Source: Candidatus Latescibacterota bacterium (GTDB taxonomy: Bacteria > Latescibacterota > UBA2968 > GCA-2709665). Taken from it: 64,000 nt of DNA. Of the stretch, positions 50,025 through 60,591 are shown piece by piece; the first letter of the stretch is position 1, and the number at the start of each line of letters is the position of its first letter. A program made the translations under genes and the position numbers. The notes under the pieces were generated by a model. That model was not told where the DNA came from. It did no database searches and worked only from the letters and a program-made list of their open reading frames with translations. The stretch covers positions 2,528,234-2,592,233 of the forward strand of contig OZ240239.1 in NCBI GenBank assembly GCA_965198095.1, in the 5' to 3' direction.

Positions 50025-51098
50025 TTGGAGACGTCAATGTCAGGGATTCGAATCGATCTTTACAGTGATACGGCGACCAAGCCGACAAGAAGGATGAGGG
50101 AGTTCATGTGTGCCTCCGAGGTGGGCGACGAACAGCGATACGAGGATCCTTCCGTGAACGAGCTCCAGGAAAGGGTTGCGGACTTGCTGGGAAAGGAAGC
50201 GGCGCTGTTTCTCCCTTCGGGCACGATGTGCAATCATATTGCCTACCTTGTGCATTGTGACCCGGGAGATATGATCTTGATGGAGAGGACTGCGCATCCG
50301 CTGATATCCGAAGCCGGAGGCGCGTGCGCCCTCGCGGGGGTGACCCTCTACCCGATTGACGGCCAGAGGGGACAGTTTACGCCTGAACAGGTTGCGGAGC
50401 TGATGTCCTATCCATCCAGCCTCCGCAGGCCGGACGTCAGAGTCGTGTCGATCGAACAGACCGCCAACAGCCCGGGTGGATGCATCTGGCCGCTCGACCG
50501 GATACGGGCCGTGTGTGAGGTCACGCACGAGAAGGGGGCCATCGCTCACATGGACGGGGCGCGTCTGTTCAACGCCGTGGTCGAGACGGGGATTTCGGCA
50601 CGGGACTATGCGGAGACGTTCGATTCGGTCTGGGTCGACCTGAGCAAGGGGTTGGGGGCGCCGGTGGGTGGGGTCCTCGCCGGCTCCGGCGCGTTCATCC
50701 GGCAGGCCTGGGGATGGAAGCATCGCCTCGGCGGCGCGATGCGGCAATCCGGAATTCTTGCCGCGGCCGGCATCTATGCCCTTGAACACCACATCGATCG
50801 GCTGGCCGAGGACCACCGGAACGCGAAACGGTTCGCGAAAGGGATCGCCGGGGCCGCGGGCATCTCGGTGGATCCGGATTCCGTGGAGACGAACATGGTC
50901 CGGTTCGACGTCGCCCAGACCGGGCTGTCGTCGTCGTCGTTCGTGGAGCGGTTGATCAGCGAGGAAGGGGTCAGAGTCAGCACGCCGGGCCCGACCGCGC
51001 TTCGAGCCGTGCCGCACCTCGGCATCACCGAAGAGGACATCGATTCGGCAGTGGAATCGGTCGATCGTCTTGCAGAGCGGGCCGCGGTGGGACGGTAG
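50025..51098 (+). CDS. Low-specificity L-threonine aldolase (beta-eliminating-lyase family, PLP)
   Basis: 357 aa. The SGTMCNHIA motif (PLP-region) and the overall family profile match. An alternative start lies at 50037. Confidence 0.8.
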   Translation: METSMSGIRIDLYSDTATKPTRRMREFMCASEVGDEQRYEDPSVNELQERVADLLGKEAALFLPSGTMCNHIAYLVHCDPGDMILMERTAHPLISEAGGACALAGVTLYPIDGQRGQFTPEQVAELMSYPSSLRRPDVRVVSIEQTANSPGGCIWPLDRIRAVCEVTHEKGAIAHMDGARLFNAVVETGISARDYAETFDSVWVDLSKGLGAPVGGVLAGSGAFIRQAWGWKHRLGGAMRQSGILAAAGIYALEHHIDRLAEDHRNAKRFAKGIAGAAGISVDPDSVETNMVRFDVAQTGLSSSSFVERLISEEGVRVSTPGPTALRAVPHLGITEEDIDSAVESVDRLAERAAVGR

Positions 51099-51124
51099 AC
51101 CTCGGGACAAGTGGAGGCTGAAGC

Positions 51125-52288
51125 ATGTATCGCGTCGCAATCCTGGGTTGTCGTGCCAGAGGAACCGCGGCGGCCAGGGCTTATCACGCCCATCCCGACA
51201 CGGAAGTGGTCGGAATCTGCGACCTGGTCCCTGGGCGGCGGGAAGCGCTGGGCGACTTGCTGGAGGTTTCCGCCCGTTTCGCTGACCTGGATGAAATGAT
51301 TCGGGAGACCGGTCCCGATATCGTCGCCATTCCAACGGGCACCGAGCTTCATTATGACCTCAGCGTGCAGGTTCTGGGGCACGGTCCGGTGAACATCGAC
51401 GTGGAAAAGCCGATGTGCGTCGACTTGCTTCAGGCAGACGCCCTGACGAAGAAGGCCGCCGAGACCGGGGCTCGGATTGCGGTTCACCACCAGGGCCGCT
51501 GCGGCGTATGGATGAAGGCGGTGTTGCGAGAGATCGAGGCGGGAACCATCGGAGATCTCCAGCATCTGACGGCTTTCGGAAAGGGCTACTACGGGGGCTA
51601 CGGCCTGATGAATATCGGGACCCATATTCTGAGCAACTTTCTGGAGCTGGCGGGGCCGTGCAGACGCGTGTCCGCATCCGCCCTGACGGATGGTCGCCCG
51701 ATTACGCCCGAGGACGTGCTTTCTTCGCCGAACGGAATGGGAACGATCGCAGGAGAGACCCTGACCGCGACACTGGAGTTTTCGGAGAATGTGACGGCGA
51801 CACTCCTACAGCACCGTTACCCGGTGATCGACAGTCGATTGGCTCGTTTGATGATTCAGGGAACCCATGGGATGCTGTTGTGGAAGTGGGAAGGGGCCTG
51901 GCGGATGGTGCCTTATCGGTTTCCTCCCGACCAGGTCAGGCAGGAGTGGCAACGGCTGGAGCCGGACTGGCCGGAGCACTATGATCCTGACGGCGGCCTG
52001 AATTCTGAAGACTACGCCTATGTGGACGAATATGTCCACGCGCTGGACGAGGGGCGGGACCACGTCTGCAGCGGGACCGAAGCGAAGCACGTCATCGAGG
52101 TTATGATGGGCATTTTCGAGTCGGCTGCCCGCGGTCGGGTCGTCGATCTGCCGCAGGCCGATCGGGAGCACCCCCTGAAACGCTGGCGACGTGAGGCCGG
52201 CCTCGGCGAGCCCGAATCGACGCCCAGGCCCTACCCCGAGTGGCTGGAGGTTGAGGATCGACGCCTCGGGCGACGCAAGGAAAGCTGA
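51125..52288 (+). CDS. Gfo/Idh/MocA-family oxidoreductase
   Basis: MYRVAILGCRARG...; EKPM motif. Confidence 0.8.
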   Translation: MYRVAILGCRARGTAAARAYHAHPDTEVVGICDLVPGRREALGDLLEVSARFADLDEMIRETGPDIVAIPTGTELHYDLSVQVLGHGPVNIDVEKPMCVDLLQADALTKKAAETGARIAVHHQGRCGVWMKAVLREIEAGTIGDLQHLTAFGKGYYGGYGLMNIGTHILSNFLELAGPCRRVSASALTDGRPITPEDVLSSPNGMGTIAGETLTATLEFSENVTATLLQHRYPVIDSRLARLMIQGTHGMLLWKWEGAWRMVPYRFPPDQVRQEWQRLEPDWPEHYDPDGGLNSEDYAYVDEYVHALDEGRDHVCSGTEAKHVIEVMMGIFESAARGRVVDLPQADREHPLKRWRREAGLGEPESTPRPYPEWLEVEDRRLGRRKES

Positions 52289-52530
52289 ACACGGCGCCCT
52301 TCGCGTGGAAGCAAACAAAATGCAATGCTGACACTTTCATCGCCTTCGAGAAACCCTGCGCAACGTCAGCTCGCACGCCTCGAAGCAGACGCAACCGGTC
52401 GTTTTCAACGCGCCACGAAGTCGAACAGGCCGTCGAAGAACCGTTCAACCGCGGGTGCTTCCGAAGACGGTAACCCTACGAAAGCGATCTGGATTTATCG
52501 AGACGCTCGCATAACGACACGGGGAGACGG

Positions 52531-53592
52531 ATGGAGAAGGCAAGAGTAGCACTTTTTGGCGTGACGCACCCGCACTCTGAGCATCATCTCAGGACCCTGC
52601 AGACCTCTTCCATGGTTTCGGGGATCATCCTGCACGACCAGGATTCCGAGGCACTGGCGCGTTCAGGGTCGGAGCACAAGGTCGAGTCTGTCTACACGGA
52701 CTTGGAGGCCCTCCTCAAGCAGGAGGAATTTCTCGTCGGTGTCGCCTGTGTCGAAAACGATCTCAACGCAGGTCTCTGCAACAGACTCATCGAGGCCGGC
52801 GTCCACGTGATCAGCGAGAAACCGATCGGGCGAAACAGTCGGGAAGTCGCGTCGGTCGTGACCGCGGCGCGACAGAAGAATCTCAAGTTGGGCGTCATGT
52901 ACTCGAATCGATCGCATCCGGTCTCCCAAGAAGCCCGCAGGCTCGTTCAAGCAGGCGTGATCGGACGCGTGACGAGCTGTGAAGCGAGGCAGGTGACGTC
53001 TCAGGTAAAGTTTCGGAACCCCGACCACTGGCTGTTCAAGAAGGCACGGGCCGGAGGAGGCATTTTGTCCTGGCTGGGCTGTCACCACATCGATTTGCTG
53101 TGTTACGTCATGGGAGATGAGGTGACGTCTGTCTCCGCCATCGTGGATACACTCGGTGGAGAGGCGATCGACGTGGAGGACGTGGCTTCGGTCAGTTTTC
53201 GATTTCGGAGCGGCGCGATCGGGGGACTGCAGGCTGGCTATCAGCTCGCGATGAGCGCGGAAGGCTACCAAGGCGCGAAGTACGATAGCTATGTCGGATT
53301 CCGCGGAACGGAGGGGAGGATCTATTGGAGCCCAATCGCACATCCTCCAAGGCTTTACGTGGAAAGTGCCCGGTCGGAGTGGGCCTCGTCTCCCGAGCGG
53401 ACCTTCGACTTCATGCTGCCGGACGTAGAAGCCTACGGAGGGGCGCACGGCCTCTCTTTTGTCGAAACCTTTTTCTTGTCGGCGCTTGGCCAGGGAGAGC
53501 CGGTCGCCACGGGTGAGGATGCCCTGCGAGTCGCCAAGATCGTGGAGGCGATCTACGAATCGAGCTCGACCGGGAGAAGAATCGAACTGTGA
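52531..53592 (+). CDS. Gfo/Idh/MocA-family oxidoreductase
   Basis: RVALFGVTHPH...; ISEKPIG motif. Confidence 0.8.
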   Translation: MEKARVALFGVTHPHSEHHLRTLQTSSMVSGIILHDQDSEALARSGSEHKVESVYTDLEALLKQEEFLVGVACVENDLNAGLCNRLIEAGVHVISEKPIGRNSREVASVVTAARQKNLKLGVMYSNRSHPVSQEARRLVQAGVIGRVTSCEARQVTSQVKFRNPDHWLFKKARAGGGILSWLGCHHIDLLCYVMGDEVTSVSAIVDTLGGEAIDVEDVASVSFRFRSGAIGGLQAGYQLAMSAEGYQGAKYDSYVGFRGTEGRIYWSPIAHPPRLYVESARSEWASSPERTFDFMLPDVEAYGGAHGLSFVETFFLSALGQGEPVATGEDALRVAKIVEAIYESSSTGRRIEL

Positions 53593-53632
53593 GGGTTGCC
53601 CCGGGACGGTCTTGGGTGCGGCCGCAACGCCG

Positions 53633-54577
53633 TCAGGCCACCGGGCTCAGGAGTTCCTCGCCGTTCAGCCCGGCGACGAGATTATCCACGGCGAGCCTGG
53701 CCATTGCGCGCCTGGTCTGAACTGCGGCGCTGCCCAGGTGCGGTGTAATGATCACGTTGTCCATCTTGAGAAGCGGGTGATCTCTCGGCAGGGGCTCCGG
53801 CTCCGTCACGTCGAGGGCCGCACCCCTTATCCGTCCCTTCTCCAGGGCTTCGGTCAAGGCATCGTGGTCGACGATCGGTCCGCGTGCGACGTTGATGAGA
53901 AAGGCCGTCGATTTCATCCGTGCGAGCGCTTCGCGACCGATCAAACCCCGGGTCTCCTCGGTCATGCTGACGTTTAAGCAAACAAAGTCTGACTCGGAGA
54001 GCAGGTCGTTCAGCGTGGCGTAGGTCGCGCCCAGTTCCGCTTCTGCCCCGGGGTCCGGTTTTCGGTTGTGGTAAAGAAGCCTCACGTCGAACCCCTTGGA
54101 CCGGCGGGCCACCTGCCTGCCGATGTTGCCCAAGCCCACGATGCCCAGCGTGCAGCCGTGAACGTCCCACCCGATGAAAAGGTTCGGGTCGTGTCTCGTG
54201 AAGGCCTCGCTTCGCGCAAACCGGTCTGCGCTGACGACATTTCTGGCGATGCCCAGGATCAGCGCGAAGGTCATATCCGCCGCCGCCCCATCCAGCGTAT
54301 TGGCCGTATTTCCCACCCGAATTCCTCGCACCCGTGCCGCTTCCAGGTCGACGTGCTCTACGCCCACGCCGTGAATGCTGATGACCTTGAGCGACGGCAT
54401 GCGATCCATCAGCGCCGCATCTATTGGAAATAAGCTGTATCCGAAAAGCCCTTCGAACGACGCGTATCGATCGGGACCGGGTGCTTCGTCGGACATGATC
54501 GTGACTTCACAGTGCGCATCGAGCATCCGTCGGAGTTCATCCGGGACTGGAACGTTCAACAGGACTTTGTGCGCCAT
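53633..54577 (-). CDS. D-2-hydroxyacid dehydrogenase (glyoxylate/hydroxypyruvate-reductase-like)
   Basis: GIVGLGNIGRQVARR NAD motif. 314 aa. Confidence 0.85.
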   Translation of the reverse strand: MAHKVLLNVPVPDELRRMLDAHCEVTIMSDEAPGPDRYASFEGLFGYSLFPIDAALMDRMPSLKVISIHGVGVEHVDLEAARVRGIRVGNTANTLDGAAADMTFALILGIARNVVSADRFARSEAFTRHDPNLFIGWDVHGCTLGIVGLGNIGRQVARRSKGFDVRLLYHNRKPDPGAEAELGATYATLNDLLSESDFVCLNVSMTEETRGLIGREALARMKSTAFLINVARGPIVDHDALTEALEKGRIRGAALDVTEPEPLPRDHPLLKMDNVIITPHLGSAAVQTRRAMARLAVDNLVAGLNGEELLSPVA

Positions 54578-54627
54578 ACCTCTCTATCCTTTCAAGCGTT
54601 TGGAACGGTTTGGACGCCACGGGAGCC

Positions 54628-55578
54628 TCAGGGCGCCGGCGTGAGGATGCGCCTGGGATTTTCAATCATAATCTGATCGACCTGCTCGTCCGAGAGACCG
54701 ACTTCCCGGAGCAGGGGCGCAAACCAGTCCATCAGCAGCGCGAAGCCGTGTCCGCCGTATTTCTTGAGGTGGTACTTACGCGTCATGTCACACGAGACCG
54801 TAACTTGCTCGAGGTGTCCCCATTCTACGAACGTCTTCGCAAGGTGGGCCTTTCCGTGTTCCAGGAGACGTTGCCCATCTCGTTCGCCGTAGCCGACCGT
54901 GTCGATCCCGACGTTGACGCCCGTGTCGAGGATGCGTTTGAGATGCGCCATCTGCGGATTGGAGAGTCCGGCCGCCACCGACGACCGGTCCGAGGGCATC
55001 ATGTGACCCAGCACGACCTTATCGAGCAGGGCGCCGTGCCTTTTGAATGCCGCCACCTGCCAATCGCAGTCTCTCAGCCCGCAGTGAGTGCTAATGGGGA
55101 TTCCGGTTGCCTGCTGCGTCATACACGCGGCCTGGAAGACCTTGTCGGCATCTTCGGGCACGGCATCCTTCTCATTCGAGCCGAACTCGGCAAGTACGCC
55201 CGGACGCACGTCGGTACCAGCGAAGCCGTGCTCGCATTCGTCAATCCATCGCCGAGCCAGTTCCTCCACCGTGGATGCCGCCACGTACTCGGGCCACACG
55301 ATCGGCCGATACACGCCCGTCGAGGTGACAATGTTGATTCCGGAGGCTTCGGCGATCTGCTTGAGTCCGGCGGGATTCGGGCCCAGGCCGACGCAGGTGA
55401 GATCGACGATCGTGCGCGCTCCGGCGCGTAACACGTCCTTCATTTCCCAGGTGAGGGTATCGATCTCGTCCAGCTTTTTCAGCGGGTTGTCGCCGCTCCA
55501 CGAATTGTCCACAATCACGTGCTCGTGCATGTAAGTCGGGCCCAATGCTTCGGGCGAAATGGGACCGAGCACGGTCAT
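54628..55578 (-). CDS. Phosphotriesterase-family (PTE/Php-like) amidohydrolase
   Basis: Trimmed to MTVLGPISPEALGPTYMHEHV (the HxH metal motif) with AGGAG 5 nt upstream. An alternative start lies at 55602. Confidence 0.7.
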   Translation of the reverse strand: MTVLGPISPEALGPTYMHEHVIVDNSWSGDNPLKKLDEIDTLTWEMKDVLRAGARTIVDLTCVGLGPNPAGLKQIAEASGINIVTSTGVYRPIVWPEYVAASTVEELARRWIDECEHGFAGTDVRPGVLAEFGSNEKDAVPEDADKVFQAACMTQQATGIPISTHCGLRDCDWQVAAFKRHGALLDKVVLGHMMPSDRSSVAAGLSNPQMAHLKRILDTGVNVGIDTVGYGERDGQRLLEHGKAHLAKTFVEWGHLEQVTVSCDMTRKYHLKKYGGHGFALLMDWFAPLLREVGLSDEQVDQIMIENPRRILTPAP

Positions 55579-56173
55579 GATTTCTCCTGACCGAGGGCTC
55601 ATTTCTCTTCCCCCTTGATCTGTCTTTGAAAGGCCAAACCTCCGAGGACCTGAACGGCGTCCGCAACGGAATATAAAACTGCCCGGGGCGCCAGGCAATC
55701 AGAATAGAAGTGTGGAAGGTGGCTGCGATGCGCTGAAGAATCGTGGAACGGTTCGGCGGTTCGGGACGTCGAATAAAGTGAAATTCATCCGTTCGTTACA
55801 GGGTTTCTATTGGAGGTGATGGAAATGTTGACAAGGCTTTCCTATCGCGTTTCTCATCTGTATGATCAGGCCCCGATCAGCCTGACGTTTCCTCATCAGG
55901 CCCGATGGAGACGAATGAAAGCCCTCGCGCGAGGCAGTCACCGGCCGAGGAGGAAGTCTGTATCGCGGCCCGACCTGCCGTCCAAGAGTTAGGCAGGGGA
56001 ACAGGCGTTTGCCATAGAGAAGAGACGGGTGGCAGCCGGATGTGGCAGGCTACGGCGCAGCCGCACGGAGCAGGTGCTTCGGGCGGCTGTCTTTTTAGGG
56101 TGTGCCGGGCGTGGCGCGAAGCGCCGGGGGCGTGCGCCTCATCCAGCCCGCGCGACCAGCCTGAAAGAAATAC

Positions 56174-56226
56174 TGTCAAAGTGGCATATCATATGTAAAA
56201 AAGTCAGAAATACTGCCAAAATGGCA
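56174..56226 (+). promoter_or_regulatory. Paired 13-bp palindromes (TGTCAAAGTGGCA ... TGCCAAAATGGCA), candidate enhancer-binding-protein sites upstream of the sigma-54 promoter
   Basis: Two copies of a 24-nt direct repeat (agaaatactgYcaaaRtggcaata), each containing a TGNCA-N3-TGGCA inverted repeat. Centres lie 40 bp apart, about 100-145 bp upstream of the -24 element. A third half-site TGCCAA lies near 56251. Confidence 0.45.
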
Positions 56227-56318
56227 ATATTTTTCTTTTCCCGCAAGTTGTGCCAAGAAAAGGATATATGTATATAACTGTATGTATTTATTCTTTTTAG
56301 CCCGTATTTATACAGAAC

Positions 56319-56333
56319 TGGCACGCGAATTGC
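56319..56333 (+). promoter_or_regulatory. Sigma-54 (-24/-12) promoter: TGGCACgcgaaTTGCg
   Basis: A perfect match to TGGCAC-N5-TTGC(W), read directly from the sequence, about 88 nt upstream of the hsp20 ATG. Confidence 0.6.
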
Positions 56334-56421
56334 GATTCGAGAGTGGGCGTGAGCAAAAAAGAAAGGTCGGTTGGGCAGCTCACCGTCACACAAACGATCC
56401 ACTCTCACGGAGGTGAATGAA

Positions 56422-56850
56422 ATGACACTCGTAAGATGGCAGCCGAAGCGATTCGTCGATTTCAGGAACGGGATCGACCGGATGTTCGAAGAGTTCTGGG
56501 ATGGGGGCCCGGTCCCGGGGGCTTGGCGCCCGGCGATGGATGTCTCGGAGACGGACGACGAGATCCTCGTTCACGCGGACCTGCCCGGACTGGGCAAGGA
56601 TCAGGTCAAGGTCAGCCTTGAGAACAACGTCTTGACCATCCGGGGGGAGAAGCAGCACGCGTCTGACAACGAGGAAAAGCACTACCATAGGAGCGAAAGG
56701 TCCTATGGAACCTTTACGCGCTCGTTGAGGCTCCCTTCAGACGTCGAAGCAGGAAAAATTTCGGCATCCTACAGGGACGGGGTCCTCACGCTGACGCTTC
56801 CGAAGTCGGAGGCCGCGAAGCCGAAGGAGATCGAGGTGAAAGTCGCCTGA
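56422..56850 (+). CDS. Hsp20 / alpha-crystallin small heat-shock protein
   Basis: Trimmed to MTLVRWQP with the GGAGGTGAATGAA RBS. ACD motifs (AMDVSETDDEILVHADLPGLGKDQVKVSL...GVLTLTLPK). Confidence 0.9.
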   Translation: MTLVRWQPKRFVDFRNGIDRMFEEFWDGGPVPGAWRPAMDVSETDDEILVHADLPGLGKDQVKVSLENNVLTIRGEKQHASDNEEKHYHRSERSYGTFTRSLRLPSDVEAGKISASYRDGVLTLTLPKSEAAKPKEIEVKVA

Positions 56851-56978
56851 CCGGGACGCAAGACCTCTTACGCCACAGGCAAGTCAACGAAAGGGGACCG
56901 TTCGGGACGGACGGTCCCCTTTGAAATGGCGAGCCTTCCGGAATCATCGCGGCTTTGCCGACACGAAAGGCCGATCGA

Positions 56979-57935
56979 ATGGAATTCAAGGACTACTACG
57001 GGATTCTCGGCGTCTCCAAGGAGGCGCCGCAGGAGGAAATACGGAAGGCCTTTCGGGAGCTGGCCCGGACCTATCATCCGGACAGGAACGAGGATCCCGG
57101 AGCAGAGGAAAAATTCAAGGAGATCAACGAGGCGAACGACGTCTTGAGCGATCCGGAAAAGCGTGCCAGATATGACGCCTATGGCATGGCGTGGAAGGCG
57201 GCCCAGGAGGGCCGTCGGCCGTCTGCCGGATTCGGCGGCGTCCGGTTCGACTTCGACCCCTCGAACGTCGATTTCTCGAATGGAGGTGGGGGCGAGTTCG
57301 GCAGTTTCTTCGATTTCCTGGAACACCTCTTTGGGGGCGCGAGACGGGCCTCGGGAAGCAGGACGTACTCCGGCGGCTTTGGCGGGTTGCGGGCCGTGTC
57401 CCCCCGCATGGGTTCGGATCACGAAGCGAGGGTGAGTTTGAGCCTGGAAGAAGCCGCGCAGGGCGGAAAGCGACGGATTGCGCTGACCGATCCGGACACG
57501 GGAAAATCGAGGACCTATCGGGTTGCGATTCCGAAAGGGGTTCGATCCGGCCAGCGAATTCGGCTGGTGGGTCAGGGCGGGCAAGGCCCGAAGGGCGCAA
57601 CCTCGGGGGACCTGTATCTGATCTTGGACATTCGGCCCCACGACCGGTTCGAACGCAAAGGTCGAGACCTGTACGCCGTGCTTCCGGTCGCGCCCTGGAA
57701 AGCCGCGCTCGGGGGCTCGGTAAGGATGCGGACGCTGAATGAGACGGTAAAGATCAAGATCCCGCCCGGATCTTCTTCTGGACGAAGGGTGAGGTTGAAG
57801 GGAAAGGGATTTCCAGATCCGGAAGGTGCCGGAGATCTCTATGTGGAGATTCGAATCGTCGTGCCGGAAGCACTGTCGGGCGAGGAGAGGGCACTTTACG
57901 AGAAGCTGGCACGCGTTTCAAGCGAGGCAGGCTAA
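56979..57935 (+). CDS. J-domain co-chaperone lacking the Zn-finger (CbpA/DnaJ-class)
   Basis: Trimmed to [37 protein letters not shown] (J domain with the HPD motif), a G/F-rich linker, and DnaJ C-terminal domains. No CxxCxGxG repeats. Confidence 0.8.
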   Translation: MEFKDYYGILGVSKEAPQEEIRKAFRELARTYHPDRNEDPGAEEKFKEINEANDVLSDPEKRARYDAYGMAWKAAQEGRRPSAGFGGVRFDFDPSNVDFSNGGGGEFGSFFDFLEHLFGGARRASGSRTYSGGFGGLRAVSPRMGSDHEARVSLSLEEAAQGGKRRIALTDPDTGKSRTYRVAIPKGVRSGQRIRLVGQGGQGPKGATSGDLYLILDIRPHDRFERKGRDLYAVLPVAPWKAALGGSVRMRTLNETVKIKIPPGSSSGRRVRLKGKGFPDPEGAGDLYVEIRIVVPEALSGEERALYEKLARVSSEAG

Positions 57936-57945
57936 GGAGAAAGAG

Positions 57946-60591
57946 ATGGACCTGACCAAACTCACTCGGAAATCTCAGGAGGCGGTCCAGGAGGCTCAGT
58001 CCAGGGCGATGGGCTATGGTCACGCCGAGGTGGACGGCGAGCATCTGCTTCTGGCCTTGTTGGATTCGTCGGACGGCCTGTTGCCGAGGATGTTGGCCGG
58101 GATGGATGTGCCGTTGGAAGCGTTCAGGCGCGAGGTCGAGGAGGTCTTGGGGAAGCGCCCGAAAGTTGCGGGCCCTGGTGCTGAAGCAGGAAAGATCTAT
58201 GTGACCTCGCGGTTCCAACGCCTGTTCGGGAGTGCCGAGCAGGAGGCCCGTCGCCTGAAAGACGAATATATCTCGGTGGAGCACCTTTTCCTCGCACTGA
58301 TCGGAGAAGGGAATGCGTCAGAGGCGGGGAAGGTCCTGCAGCGGTTCAACATCACACGTGAAAGGTTCCTCGGTGCGCTCACCGGTGTGCGAGGCACCCA
58401 GCGTGTCACCAGCGCGACACCGGAGGGGACTTACGAGGCTTTGGCGAAGTATGGGGTGGATCTCGTCGCACAGGCGCGTCAGGGCAGGCTGGATCCAGTC
58501 ATCGGACGGGATTCCGAGATCAGGCGCGTGGTCCGCATCCTGTCCAGAAAGACGAAGAACAACCCGGTGCTGATCGGCGAACCAGGCGTGGGCAAGACAG
58601 CGGTCGTGGAGGGTTTGGCCCAGCGTATCGTCCGAGGGGATGTCCCGGAGTGGCTCAAGGACCGGTCGGTCTTCTCGCTCGATATGGGCGCCCTGATGGC
58701 GGGCGCCAAGTATCGAGGGGAGTTCGAAGAACGGCTGAGGGCCGTTCTGAACGAGATCAAGGAAAGTGAAGGGCGGATTCTGCTGTTTATCGACGAAGTC
58801 CACAACATCGTGGGTGCGGGAAGGACAGAGGGTTCGACGGACGCCGGAAACATGCTCAAGCCGATGCTGGCCCGGGGAGAGCTGCATTGCATCGGGGCCA
58901 CGACGCTGGACGAGTATCGAAAACAGATGGAAAAGGACGCGGCGCTCGAGCGGCGGTTTCAACCTGTGCTCGTGGAGCCGCCGTCCGCAGAGAATACGAT
59001 CTCAATCCTTCGCGGCCTGCGTGAACGGTATGAGGTGCATCACGGGGTCCGGATTCAGGACAACGCGCTCGTGAACGCGGCCGTCCTGTCGAATCGCTAC
59101 ATTTCGGACCGGTTTCTGCCTGACAAGGCGATCGACCTGATGGATGAGGCCTGCGCCACGGTCCGCACGGAGATCGACTCGATGCCGGCAGCATTGGACG
59201 GGGCGACCCGACGCGTGATGCAGCTCGAGATCGAAGAGGCCGCCCTCAAGAAGGAGAAAGACAAGGCGAGCCAAGAGCGGCTGGCGGCGCTTCGAAAGGA
59301 GCTGGCAGACCTCAGGACGGATGCCGACGCGATGCGCGTCCAATGGGAGGCGGAGAAAGCGGCGATCGAGCGCGTTCGGGGCGTGCGGGAGCAGATCGAA
59401 CGTGTGCGGCTTGAGATCGAGGAGGCCGAACGGGCGTATGACCTGAACCGGGCCGCGGAGCTGAAACACGGAAAGTTGCCCGAGCTCGAGCGCGCGCTCC
59501 GGGCCTCGGAGAAGATGGAAGCCAATGAGGGCCGGCTCCTGCGGGAGGAGGTCACCGAGGACGAAATCGCAGAAATTGTCTCGCGATGGACGGGCATACC
59601 GGTCACTCGGCTCGTTGAAGGGGAACGGGAGAAGCTGCTTCGGTTGGACGAGATCTTGCACAGGCGGGTTGTGGGGCAAGATGAAGCGGTGTCTCTCGTC
59701 GCCGATGCCGTCATCCGGGCCCGGGCCGGAATCAAGGATCCGCGTCGGCCGATCGGGTCCTTCCTCTTTCTCGGGCCGACCGGCGTGGGAAAGACAGAGC
59801 TGGCCAAGGCGCTGGCGGAGGCCCTTTTCGACAGCGAAGCCAACATGGTTCGAATCGATATGAGCGAATACATGGAGAAGCATTCCGCCTCCAGACTGGT
59901 GGGCGCTCCCCCGGGCTATGTGGGTCATGAGGAGGGGGGCCAGCTGACCGAAGCGGTTCGACGGAAGCCCTATTCGGTGCTTCTGTTCGACGAGATCGAA
60001 AAGGCGCATCGCGACGTCTTCAACGTCCTGTTGCAAATCCTGGAGGACGGCAGACTCACGGATGCACAGGGGAGAACGGTCGACTTCAAGAACACCATGA
60101 TCATCATGACGTCGAACATCGGCGCCCGGCACCTGCTCGAAGGCGTGACCGAGAGCGGCGAGATCCAGGCGGGTGCGCGGGATGCGGTCCTGCGCGAGAT
60201 GCGGCAGCATTTCAGGCCCGAATTCCTGAACCGAGTCGACGATACAATTCTGTTTAACTCATTGACGAAGAATGAAATTATACAAATTGTTGAATTGATG
60301 ATTGAAGATTTGCGGAGACGCTTGAGCGATCGCGGAATGACACTCGCGATCACAGATGCGGCCCGTGAGTTTGTGGCACGAGAGGGGTTCGATCCGGTCT
60401 ATGGCGCCCGCCCGCTCAGGCGCTTCCTGCAGCGCGAGCTGGAGACACGGATCGGCCGTGGTCTGATGGGGGGCGAGATTCTGAATGGCGCCGCTATCAG
60501 GGTGGAACTTGAAGACGGAAAGCTGGTCGTCCGGCACGAAGGTCCAGGTCAAAAGGCCGTTCAGACGGAAGCCGAATCGGTGGGGACTTGA
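57946..60591 (+). CDS. clpB: Chaperone ClpB (AAA+ disaggregase)
   Basis: Trimmed to [18 protein letters not shown]. Two AAA modules (GEPGVGKT Walker A, twice), M-domain coiled coil. 881 aa. Confidence 0.95.
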   Translation: MDLTKLTRKSQEAVQEAQSRAMGYGHAEVDGEHLLLALLDSSDGLLPRMLAGMDVPLEAFRREVEEVLGKRPKVAGPGAEAGKIYVTSRFQRLFGSAEQEARRLKDEYISVEHLFLALIGEGNASEAGKVLQRFNITRERFLGALTGVRGTQRVTSATPEGTYEALAKYGVDLVAQARQGRLDPVIGRDSEIRRVVRILSRKTKNNPVLIGEPGVGKTAVVEGLAQRIVRGDVPEWLKDRSVFSLDMGALMAGAKYRGEFEERLRAVLNEIKESEGRILLFIDEVHNIVGAGRTEGSTDAGNMLKPMLARGELHCIGATTLDEYRKQMEKDAALERRFQPVLVEPPSAENTISILRGLRERYEVHHGVRIQDNALVNAAVLSNRYISDRFLPDKAIDLMDEACATVRTEIDSMPAALDGATRRVMQLEIEEAALKKEKDKASQERLAALRKELADLRTDADAMRVQWEAEKAAIERVRGVREQIERVRLEIEEAERAYDLNRAAELKHGKLPELERALRASEKMEANEGRLLREEVTEDEIAEIVSRWTGIPVTRLVEGEREKLLRLDEILHRRVVGQDEAVSLVADAVIRARAGIKDPRRPIGSFLFLGPTGVGKTELAKALAEALFDSEANMVRIDMSEYMEKHSASRLVGAPPGYVGHEEGGQLTEAVRRKPYSVLLFDEIEKAHRDVFNVLLQILEDGRLTDAQGRTVDFKNTMIIMTSNIGARHLLEGVTESGEIQAGARDAVLREMRQHFRPEFLNRVDDTILFNSLTKNEIIQIVELMIEDLRRRLSDRGMTLAITDAAREFVAREGFDPVYGARPLRRFLQRELETRIGRGLMGGEILNGAAIRVELEDGKLVVRHEGPGQKAVQTEAESVGT

